Shown: positions 1 through 6,849 of the stretch, piece by piece
Layout: every line of letters begins with the position of its first letter
How positions within the stretch are numbered: position 1 is the first letter of the stretch
DNA from: Candidatus Auribacterota bacterium
GTDB taxonomy: Bacteria > Auribacterota > UBA6266
NCBI GenBank assembly: GCA_023136205.1
Contig: JAGLRQ010000134.1
Coordinates: 1-9,884, forward strand
Length of the DNA: 9,884 nucleotides
Direction of reading: 5' to 3'
Notes under the pieces: model-generated
The model's input: only the letters and a program-made list of their open reading frames with translations
The model's database searches: none
What the model was told of the DNA's origin: nothing
Program-made: the position numbers and the translations under genes

Positions 1-584
1 AGTATGCAATCAAATAACTGTCTTCTTCTGTAGAGTAACACGGTATAGATAATACCGGTTGCGATTGCCGCAGGCCATTCCCATAAATTATGACCCAGTG
101 TGAAGAGAATCACGCTTCCTATGAGCGAAAACATGGTAAATTTGCCGACAGGAACAGAATCAAAATTGTCAGGGTTTATAAGCAGCCTTATTACAAATGA
201 GCGCATAAAAAGTTCCTCGAAGAGCGGGACAACAAGAACAGCCCCGCCAAGGCGGAAAAATATTAAGAAAGCTGTTGTAAAGGGAGTATTCCTGATGGGG
301 TTATATCCTGTATCTGGTGGATGAAACATTTTGAAAGGCATATGTTCTGTAAGGCCTATCCATATAAAGAAAACTATAATTCCTGTTATGCAGGCTATCG
401 GGGAAAACGAGAATTTTATCTCTTTATAAATCTTCCGCCAGTAGAGGAGAAGAATAAATGTTACAGTTGTTTTAAACGGATAGGTTAAATAAGCATAGTC
501 CCCGAAAAATTGTGATGTTGACCCGATTAAAATAAATATGAAGTACGGGGCAATATATGGGATAATGGCTTTCCAATTTTTCAT
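1..584 (-). CDS. CPBP-family intramembrane glutamic endopeptidase (CAAX-protease-like), partial; C-terminus runs off the window start
   Basis: Absent from the ORF track because it has no in-window stop. My translation of the minus strand from the ATG (complement of 582-584) is open for 194 codons to position 1: MKNWKAIIPYIAPYFIFILIG...VVPLFEELFMRSFVIRLL...VILFTLGHNLWEWPAAIATGIIY... It has several hydrophobic helices plus the two CPBP hallmarks: EExxxR (EELFMR, complement of about 201-218) and FxxxH (FTLGH). No clear SD lies upstream, so the start is provisional (an in-frame TTG lies at complement of 618-620). Confidence 0.75.
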   Translation of the reverse strand, partial: MKNWKAIIPYIAPYFIFILIGSTSQFFGDYAYLTYPFKTTVTFILLLYWRKIYKEIKFSFSPIACITGIIVFFIWIGLTEHMPFKMFHPPDTGYNPIRNTPFTTAFLIFFRLGGAVLVVPLFEELFMRSFVIRLLINPDNFDSVPVGKFTMFSLIGSVILFTLGHNLWEWPAAIATGIIYTVLLYRRRQLFDCI

Positions 585-651
585 TAAGAAAAAGATAGCA
601 GAAAAACAGCTAAAAATCAAAAAAGATAAAATAATATTCTGCAGGATTGTT

Positions 652-2235
652 ATGCTTGATATTCTGATTAAAGGCGCGAGAGTTTTTGACGGGGAGATTT
701 TTCTTGTCGGAGATATATGTGTGGGAGTAAGAGAGGGGAAGATTATCAGCGTTGGGAAAACCTGTGGGAAAGCGAAAAGAGTAATTGATGCCGCGGGGCT
801 TGTTCTGGCACCGGGTTTTATAGATATCCATTCACATTCCGAATTTACGGTTTTATTTAATCCTGAATCTGAGAGTAAAATTTGTCAGGGCGTGACAACT
901 GAACTTGTCGCGAACTGCGGGTTTGGGCCGTGGCCATGTGAAAATGCTGCCGGTAAACGCCTTAAAGAGAGGCTGGAATGTTTCGGACTTAAACTGGAAT
1001 GGAATTCACTTCAGGGGTATTTTGATTTTCTCGCGAAAGTTCGGCCTTCGGTAAATATAGGTGTTTTTATCGGACACGGCAATGTAAGAGCTTCAGTTAT
1101 TGGCTATGAGAACAGGGCTCCCGATGAGAAAGAAATGAAACATATGCGCGGTTTGGTTGAAGGGGGGATGAAACAGGGAGCTTTTGGACTTTCAACCGGC
1201 CTTATGTATCCTCCTGGGGTTTATGCGAAAAAGCCGGAATTGATAGAATGCGCGAAGGCAGCATCTTCTTTTGGGGGGATTTATGTAACTCATATGAGGA
1301 ATGAATCCGGTGACATCATTAATTCAATTCAAGAAGCGCTAAAAATAGGATATGAGGCAAACATAAAAGTACAAATTTCTCATTTGAAAGTAGCGGGAAG
1401 ACAGAACTGGGATAAAATAGACGAGGTCTTTTCTCTTATAGAAGGTGCAAGAAAAAGCGGTATGGATGTTACATGTGACAGATATCCTTATTCCGCCTCT
1501 TTTACGAGCCTTGATATTGTCCTTCCCTCATGGGTATATGAGGGAGGGAATGCTGAAGAGATAAAAAGGTTAAGAAATCCTGAGACCAGGAGAAAACTGG
1601 CTGAGCAGCTTAGAAAAGAAAAAAGTGACGAATATTGGGATAGAGTTAAGATTGCGTCGGTATCCACAGATAAAAACAAACCCTTTGAAGGAAAGTCTGT
1701 TCTGGAAATTGCTAACTTTAAAAATAGCAATCCAGTGGAAGTGTTTTTTGACCTTCTTCTTGAAGAATCTCTTGGTGTTTATGCTATTTTTTTTAATATG
1801 AGTGAAAAAAACCTTTTTAAAATTCTCGGGAAAACCTATTGCATGGTAGGTTCTGACGCAGCATCCAGGGTTGATTATGGTAAGCTTAGGCAATCAATGG
1901 TCCATCCCCGCGCGTACGGAACTTTTCCCCGCGCGGCAGGAAGATTTGTAAGAGATGGTAAATTGAATTTAGAAGACGCGCTATATAAAATGACAGGGCA
2001 GCCATCAAGAAAGCTGAAGCTGAAAGATAGAGGTTTTATCAGGAAAGGATTGGCGGCGGATTTAGTCCTTTTTGATCCCGGCAGCTTGGCAGATACGGCA
2101 ACATTCGATTGTCCTCACAAGTATCCTGGCGGGATAAAGCATGTTATTATTAATGGCACTGTGACTGTCGAAGAAGGTGAGCATACCGGAGCTCGGGCAG
2201 GAACGGTTGTGAAATCAATAAGCAGAAAACAATAA
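652..2235 (+). CDS. N-acyl-D-amino-acid deacylase (D-aminoacylase) family amidohydrolase
   Basis: The track ORF is 538..2235; I trim it to ATG 652 (Met39). Three reasons: 538-584 would overlap the divergent CPBP gene; AGGA at 643-646 sits 5 nt upstream of ATG 652; and the product then starts MLDILIKGARVFDG, a typical N-terminus for this family. Family motifs seen: GFIDIHSHSE (HxH metal site), GIYVTHMRNES, QISHLKVAG, CDRYPY, GSDAAS..VHPRAYGTFPR, ADLVLFDP. Confidence 0.85.
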   Translation: MLDILIKGARVFDGEIFLVGDICVGVREGKIISVGKTCGKAKRVIDAAGLVLAPGFIDIHSHSEFTVLFNPESESKICQGVTTELVANCGFGPWPCENAAGKRLKERLECFGLKLEWNSLQGYFDFLAKVRPSVNIGVFIGHGNVRASVIGYENRAPDEKEMKHMRGLVEGGMKQGAFGLSTGLMYPPGVYAKKPELIECAKAASSFGGIYVTHMRNESGDIINSIQEALKIGYEANIKVQISHLKVAGRQNWDKIDEVFSLIEGARKSGMDVTCDRYPYSASFTSLDIVLPSWVYEGGNAEEIKRLRNPETRRKLAEQLRKEKSDEYWDRVKIASVSTDKNKPFEGKSVLEIANFKNSNPVEVFFDLLLEESLGVYAIFFNMSEKNLFKILGKTYCMVGSDAASRVDYGKLRQSMVHPRAYGTFPRAAGRFVRDGKLNLEDALYKMTGQPSRKLKLKDRGFIRKGLAADLVLFDPGSLADTATFDCPHKYPGGIKHVIINGTVTVEEGEHTGARAGTVVKSISRKQ

Positions 2236-2263
2236 ATAAGTTAAACATAATGGATGTTATTTT

Positions 2264-3766
2264 ATGAAATCAAAAACTTTTATTTTTATTATAATAATTA
2301 ATTTTGTATTTTTAACAGGGTGTGCCCAAAAAAGAACCGATTACAAAACACTGTATTTACGCCTGCCTGAGCAACCGTCGACGCTTGATCCAGCCCTTAC
2401 AGTAGATGTTTATTCCGGAGGGATACTTTCTAAAATCTATTCCACCCTTGTGAAATTTGATGAAAATCTCGCGATTCTTCCCGATGCAGCGGAAAAATGG
2501 GCAGTTTCCCGGGATGGCAGGAACTACGTTTTTTATATTGATGAAAATTTAAGGTTTAGTGATGGAACATCTGTTACTTCGCGTGATGTCAAAAAGTCTT
2601 TCCAGAGAATACTGTCTCCTGGTTCCCTCTCATCGAGAAAATGGATGTTTGAGAATGTCAGGGGAGCAGTAGCTTTTATGGACGGGAGGGAAAAGGATGT
2701 AAGCGGGTTTAAAATTATTGGTGAAAAAACCTTAGGGATAGAATTGATAAAACCTTTTGCCCCTTTTTTAGGCCTTCTTGCTATGCCTAATGCCGCTATT
2801 GTAAAAGAAGGCGTCAATAGTCTTCTGGGGTCGGGGGCTTTTAAACTGGAAAAATGGAAAAGAGGAGAGAAAATACTGCTGTCAAAAAACAGGGAGTATT
2901 TAAAGGGAAACTCTTTTCTTGAGAACATATGCTATCGTATTATACCTCAGGATTTTACAGCGCTTTCTGAATTCAAACAGGGGAATTTGGATATTTTGGG
3001 GCTTTCTAATTCTATGGTTGATTCTTTTAAAGCTGTCGAATACGAAAAAAATGTTTACTCCAAAATAGGGCTTAATATTTATTACATAGGCTTTAATTGT
3101 CAAAGAGAGCCTTTCAATAATATTGCTGTAAGGCGGGCTCTTGTTTCAACAATTGATAAAGAAAGAATAGTAAATACAATCCTTGCCTCGAGGGCTGAAC
3201 CGGCGTTTTCTCCTGTTCCTCCCGTTCTTCTGGATGTGGAGCATTATGAAGTAGATAAAGATGTGGTGTTTCCGAAGGAAAGGGTTCTTAAACTACTTAT
3301 AAATACTAGCGATGAAATGCAGGCAATCGCGGAGGTATGCCAGCATTTCTGGAAGGAAAAAGATGTTAAAGTTGATATTATTCAGAGAGAGTGGAATGGT
3401 TTTAAAGAAGCTTTAAATAACGGCGAATTTGATATGTTTATTCTTTCGTGGTGGGCGGATTATCCTGATGCCGAAAATTTTTTATATCCCGTGTTTTATT
3501 CCGGCAACTGGGGCTCAAAGGGAAACAGAGCCAGGTACTCAAACAAAAATTTTGATAAAATTATTTTAGAGGCTCGCTCAGAGCTGGATTTGAACAAAAG
3601 AGAAAATTTATACAGACAGGCTGTGAAAATTGTTGTAAGAGACTGTCCTTGGGCTTTTCTTTGGCATAAAAAGGATTATTCTGTTATTCAACCGTGGGTA
3701 GTAAATTTTAAAATTTATCCATTGTATTATTCTGACAAGGGTGTGGATGTAAAGCTGGAGTACTAG
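2264..3766 (+). CDS. ABC transporter substrate-binding lipoprotein, family 5 (peptide/nickel, DppA/OppA-like)
   Basis: 500-aa ORF with a signal peptide and lipobox (FVFLTGC, Cys20). Family-5 SBP-like features: STLDPALT near the N-terminus, YYIGFNC, SWWADYPDAENFLYPVF. It is followed directly by two permease genes. Confidence 0.85.
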   Translation: MKSKTFIFIIIINFVFLTGCAQKRTDYKTLYLRLPEQPSTLDPALTVDVYSGGILSKIYSTLVKFDENLAILPDAAEKWAVSRDGRNYVFYIDENLRFSDGTSVTSRDVKKSFQRILSPGSLSSRKWMFENVRGAVAFMDGREKDVSGFKIIGEKTLGIELIKPFAPFLGLLAMPNAAIVKEGVNSLLGSGAFKLEKWKRGEKILLSKNREYLKGNSFLENICYRIIPQDFTALSEFKQGNLDILGLSNSMVDSFKAVEYEKNVYSKIGLNIYYIGFNCQREPFNNIAVRRALVSTIDKERIVNTILASRAEPAFSPVPPVLLDVEHYEVDKDVVFPKERVLKLLINTSDEMQAIAEVCQHFWKEKDVKVDIIQREWNGFKEALNNGEFDMFILSWWADYPDAENFLYPVFYSGNWGSKGNRARYSNKNFDKIILEARSELDLNKRENLYRQAVKIVVRDCPWAFLWHKKDYSVIQPWVVNFKIYPLYYSDKGVDVKLEY

Positions 3767-4701
3767 TGAATAAACAAAAAGTCTTTGTGATAAAAAGATG
3801 TCTTCTTGCCATACCCACCATAATTGGTGTTGTAGTCCTTATTTTTGTTCTTACGCGGTTTGTTCCTGGAGACCCTGTTAATAGTTTTGTCGGTAGAAGA
3901 GCTGATGCCCGAATAATTGAAAAGGTAAGAGAAGAATTCGGACTTGATAAACCTTTTTTTGTGCAGTTCTTTTATTATGTTAAATCTCTTGCCAGGGGCG
4001 ATATGGGATATTCCTATGTATCGGGACAGCCGGTGAGTAGTATGATTGCTAAAAGATTCCCGAATACACTCAAACTTGCCTGTACAGCTATGGTACTTGC
4101 GGTTTTGTCAGGGATTGCCATGGGCTTTTTATCTGTTCTAAAACCCGGAGGCTTTATTGATAGAGCCTGTATGTTTCTTTCTGTTTCAGGAATATCAATT
4201 CCGGTTTTCTGGTTTGGACTCATACTTATAATTGTTTTTTCAAATATGCTCGGATGGTTTCCGGCCTCAGGGATGGGGGGCCCCTCTTATATTATTCTTC
4301 CCGCCCTGACACTCGCGACGCGCTCTTCCGCTTATATAGCTAGGATAACCAGATCCAGTGTTTTAGAAGTCCTTGGGGAAAATTTTGTTGTTACCGCAAG
4401 GGCAAAAGGATTAAGCCGGACAAAAGTTTTAATGAAGCACGTTCTTAAAAATGCGCTTATTCCTGTAGTAACCTTAATAGGAATTGATCTTGGGAGTTAC
4501 CTGAACGGTTCTGTGCTGACAGAATCTATTTTTGGTTGGAATGGCATAGGCAATCTTGCTTTAAATGGAATAATGAACAGGGATTACCCTGTAATAATGG
4601 GGACGGTTCTTTTTGGATCGGTAATTTTTATTTTCGCTAATATTCTCGTGGATGTTTCATATTCGATTTTCAATCCGAGGATAAGCTATGAGAGAAAATA
4701 A
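3766..4701 (+). CDS. ABC transporter permease, DppB/OppB-type
   Basis: The GTG start overlaps the SBP stop by 1 nt (TAGTG), with GGAG (3757-3760) 5 nt upstream. The N-terminus RCLLAIPTIIGVVVLIFVLTRFVPGDP and the EAA-type loop TARAKGLSRTKVLMKHVLKNALIP are typical of this permease class. Multiple TM helices. Confidence 0.88.
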   Translation: MNKQKVFVIKRCLLAIPTIIGVVVLIFVLTRFVPGDPVNSFVGRRADARIIEKVREEFGLDKPFFVQFFYYVKSLARGDMGYSYVSGQPVSSMIAKRFPNTLKLACTAMVLAVLSGIAMGFLSVLKPGGFIDRACMFLSVSGISIPVFWFGLILIIVFSNMLGWFPASGMGGPSYIILPALTLATRSSAYIARITRSSVLEVLGENFVVTARAKGLSRTKVLMKHVLKNALIPVVTLIGIDLGSYLNGSVLTESIFGWNGIGNLALNGIMNRDYPVIMGTVLFGSVIFIFANILVDVSYSIFNPRISYERK

Positions 4702-4752
4702 TTACGAAAAAACTAATTCTATCTGTGTCACCAAAACAGGTTTTTAGCTCTT

Positions 4753-5568
4753 ATGAATATAATTAAACAGCACAAATCAGTTAAAATTATAGCAGGCATA
4801 CTTGCTGCCATATTTTTATCCGCGGCATTTGCTCCTTTGATTACCCCGCATGATCCTGTTCACATCAACCTTGATGATGTGAAACAGCCTCCCTCTTTGA
4901 AATACCCTTTTGGAACTGATACAAAAGGGAGATGTGTTTTTAGCAGGGTTGTTTATGGCGCAAGGGTGTCTCTTCTTGTAGGACTTACAGCAACAGTCTG
5001 TGCTTTTTTCTTTGGAGTATTTTTGGGGTCTGTTGCCGGATATTTCGGGGGATTAATTGATAAAATAGTAACTTTTCTTGTTGATATTACCCTTTCTGTT
5101 CCAGGCCTTCTCCTGGCAATTGCTATAACGGTGGTATTTGAACCTGGCATTGTTACGGTGCTTATAGCATTGTGTACTATAGGCTGGGCAAGTTTTGCCC
5201 GTCTTGCCCGCTCAAGCATCATATCCATAAAAGAAAAAGATTTTGTAGTGTCGGCGATTGCGATGGGCAGTTCAAGAAGGAGGGTCCTGATAAGGCACCT
5301 TATACCCAATATAATTCCCCTGATGCTTGTCGCGGCAACTCTCAGGATTGGAGGATTTATCCTCGGGGAAGCTTCATTGTCTTTTCTCGGACTGGGTGTG
5401 CGTCCGCCCCAACCTACATGGGGAGGGATGATTTCTTCAAGTGTAAACTATATCCAGTCTGCCCCCTGGATAGCAATATTTCCGGGTGTTGCTATTGCAA
5501 TTACGATTTTGTGCTTTAATTTGCTGGGGGATATTGTGAGAGACTATTGTGACCCTAAGATGAAGTAA
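4753..5568 (+). CDS. ABC transporter permease, DppC/OppC-type
   Basis: N-terminal AAFAPLITPHDP and the EAA-type loop SAIAMGSSRRRVLIRHLIPNIIP are typical of the second permease of Dpp/Opp-type importers. Multiple TM helices. Confidence 0.88.
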   Translation: MNIIKQHKSVKIIAGILAAIFLSAAFAPLITPHDPVHINLDDVKQPPSLKYPFGTDTKGRCVFSRVVYGARVSLLVGLTATVCAFFFGVFLGSVAGYFGGLIDKIVTFLVDITLSVPGLLLAIAITVVFEPGIVTVLIALCTIGWASFARLARSSIISIKEKDFVVSAIAMGSSRRRVLIRHLIPNIIPLMLVAATLRIGGFILGEASLSFLGLGVRPPQPTWGGMISSSVNYIQSAPWIAIFPGVAIAITILCFNLLGDIVRDYCDPKMK

Positions 5569-5653
5569 AAAGCCGGAAATGCCCGCATCTGCGGCGTTAT
5601 TGCTCCCTCAGAAATCCTCGATGTACTATAAAGTACGCCTGCGTCATTCTTCG

Positions 5654-5692
5654 GTCGCAATGCCTTGCATATACAGGCATTTGCGGCTTTTT
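5654..5692 (+). terminator. Rho-independent terminator candidate for the deacylase/ABC cluster
   Basis: The stem GGTCGCAATGCCT (5654-5665) pairs with AGGCATT(T)GCGGC (5675-5687). That is about 12 bp with one bulged T and one G-U pair. The loop is 9 nt (TGCATATAC) and is followed immediately by TTTTT (5688-5692), with a second TTTTT at 5696-5700. Confidence 0.6.
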
Positions 5693-5848
5693 GGATTTTT
5701 CTGGGATAACACTTTTTTGCAATCTCTGCATCACAAACCCGATACATCCCAAGCACATACAACATCACTTTACTACAGCTAACATCAGTTATCACCACAC
5801 ATAAAGTAACGTTTTTTGCTCGATTATGTGGTGGCGCTAAAGAAAATG

Positions 5849-5896
5849 GGGAAAGTCCCAAGCAAGCGAAGCGAGCGCGTGGACTGTCCCTTTTTT
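5849..5896. terminator. Hairpin plus T-run; possible bidirectional terminator
   Basis: GGGAAAGTCC (5849-5858) pairs with GGACTGTCCC (5881-5890), 10 bp with one A/G mismatch. TTTTTT (5891-5896) follows on the plus strand and ATTTTCT follows on the minus strand. The 22-nt loop is unusually large, which lowers confidence. Confidence 0.4.
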
Positions 5897-5901
5897 CTTG
5901 A

Positions 5902-6120
5902 ACGGAGTTAACACTATATGGACCTTTAGTATTTATAAGCTCTTATATCCAAAACCAAGTTAGAATACTCCACGAAACTGAAAAGGCTGTTTTGGTTGAA
6001 AATGTAGAAAAGATCTGGATTCCAAAATCCCAAATACAAAAGATAAGGTTGGGGAATAATATTTTTGAGGTTTATGTTAGAAAAGGGATGTTTAGGTGGT
6101 GGGATAGTGTGTCGCTGTAA
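5902..6120 (+). pseudogene. Degenerate or frameshifted small ORF with a phage/plasmid-like small-protein motif
   Basis: The frame is open for 72 codons after TGA 5899-5901 and ends at TAA 6118-6120: TELTLYGPLVFISSYIQNQVRILHETEKAVLVENVEKIWIPKSQIQKIRLGNNIFEVYVRKGMFRWWDSVSL. It has no canonical start apart from TTG 5992 and a late ATG. An ATG at 5918, with GGAG (5904-5907) 10 nt upstream, is out of frame by one base and stops after 3 codons (ATG GAC CTT TAG). That pattern fits a frameshifted gene or a sequencing error. Confidence 0.35.
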
Positions 6121-6134
6121 CTTTTAAAATGGCC

Positions 6135-6365
6135 CTATATTTTTTTTGCAAATTTTTTCTTTGCTTCTCTCCTGACTATGTTAAGCTCCTTCTTGAGACG
6201 ATTAACTTGTTCCTCGATTTCTCCCTCACAACAACAGTCTGGTGTTAAAAATATGTTGCCCTCTTTATCTCTTGTATGAGTCTTTACATAAATTTTCGCA
6301 GCATTGCAATCAAGAAGCGCGCCTTTTGAAGGTTTATGAAACATTAACTCGATTGAATAGGTCAT
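6135..6365 (-). CDS. Small hypothetical protein (76 aa) with a CCC triplet and a basic helical tail
   Basis: A consensus SD precedes the start: complement of 6371-6376 is AGGAGG, 5 nt upstream of the ATG (complement of 6363-6365). The composition looks protein-like: a predicted beta-rich N-terminal half, then EGEIEEQVNRLKKELNIVRREAKKKFAKKI (amphipathic, basic helix). Cysteines are C20 and C44-C45-C46 (complement of 6228-6236). Confidence 0.7.
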   Translation of the reverse strand: MTYSIELMFHKPSKGALLDCNAAKIYVKTHTRDKEGNIFLTPDCCCEGEIEEQVNRLKKELNIVRREAKKKFAKKI

Positions 6366-6707
6366 TGTTACCTCCTAATTTTATGTTCGTATAAGTTCTC
6401 ACCAAAAATTCACAGCTTCACTTTTTTATAACTAATTTTCGAACCAAGCAATAAAAAAGGCCCTAAGTTTACAGAACATACTCCTGTAAAATCAGCGCCT
6501 ATCGCCGGCATCCTGATTAAAAATAGTTTATCCACCAAAAAACTAAAGAAATTATTGCACATAAATTTCTTTTTGTCAATAGGAGTTTTTATTTTTTTCG
6601 ACGACAAAATCCTATAATTATTCATTCGTTATGAAAAAAAGTACCAATAATTCTAATACAATATAAGCTCTTAACGGGATTCAACTTACAATTTTTTAGA
6701 GCGTTAT

Positions 6708-6736
6708 CTGAAAAATTATCATAAGCAATCTATAAT
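6708..6736 (+). promoter_or_regulatory. Sigma-70-like promoter candidate for the 6850 gene
   Basis: CTGAAA (6708-6713, 4/6 match to TTGACA), a 17-nt spacer, then a perfect TATAAT (6731-6736). It lies about 115 nt upstream of ATG 6850. This is a pattern match only, in AT-rich DNA. Confidence 0.3.
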
Positions 6737-6849
6737 GAGAAAGGGGCGCAAGCTTATGGGTTGGGTTTCGAGGAAAGTCGCTGGTGATAAAAGCTGTTGA
6801 AGAAAACCCCAGATTATTTTATCATGAATAAAAATCGAGGGTAGCTCCG

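Noticed and set aside
100-324. Plus-strand 74-aa ORF from the track
   Set aside because: It lies entirely antisense to the CPBP protease frame, which carries clear family motifs. Its product is low-complexity and basic, and it has no RBS. It is a shadow ORF.
538-651. N-terminal 38-codon extension of the deacylase ORF (track start 538)
   Set aside because: The extension would overlap the divergent CPBP gene start (584). It encodes a Lys/Ile-rich AT-driven peptide. ATG 652 has an AGGA RBS and gives the family-typical N-terminus.
610-831. Minus-strand 73-aa ORF
   Set aside because: It is antisense to the conserved N-terminus of the deacylase, including the HxH site, and has no family resemblance.
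1488-1893. Two overlapping minus-strand ORFs (80 and 107 aa)
   Set aside because: Both are nested antisense within the deacylase gene. Their products are low-complexity (Phe/Lys/Ser-rich). They are shadow ORFs.
2533-3103. Minus-strand ORFs of 131 and 67 aa
   Set aside because: Both are antisense to the well-supported SBP gene. They have no RBS and no recognisable motifs.
4014-4223. Minus-strand 69-aa ORF
   Set aside because: It is antisense within the DppB-type permease gene and is a shadow ORF.
4953-5519. Minus-strand 118-aa ORF and plus-strand alternate-frame 115-aa ORF
   Set aside because: Both are nested in the DppC-type permease gene, whose frame carries the EAA loop and TM helices. 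The alternatives are Arg/Cys-rich frame artefacts.
5622-5635. Perfect palindrome GTACT-ATAA-AGTAC, considered as an operator site
   Set aside because: It has only 5-bp arms, occurs once and lies downstream of a stop codon rather than near a promoter. That is not enough evidence.
5544-5861. Minus 105-aa and plus 67-aa ORFs (5579..5782) in the post-operon spacer
   Set aside because: They overlap each other and the terminator hairpins. Neither has an RBS, and their compositions are odd (Cys/Ser/His-rich). I treat the region as non-coding or structured instead.
6135-6365. Calling the 76-aa protein a HicB-family antitoxin
   Set aside because: The resemblance is limited to a short P-x-C...G-E-x-x-E-E turn and needs a one-residue shift. 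No HicA-like toxin ORF lies on either side. I keep it as hypothetical.
6410-6625. Minus-strand 71-aa ORF in the AT-rich spacer
   Set aside because: No SD precedes the ATG (the upstream sequence is CATAACGA). The product is Lys/Phe/Leu-rich, as expected from AT-rich non-coding DNA, and has no motif. A decayed gene cannot be fully excluded.
5934-6673. 12-nt direct repeat TATAAGCTCTTA at 5934-5945 and 6662-6673, flanking the degenerate ORF and the 76-aa gene, considered as possible att or target-site duplication
   Set aside because: A few chance 12-mer matches are expected in about 10 kb of AT-rich sequence. The flanks do not extend the match, and no recombinase is present.
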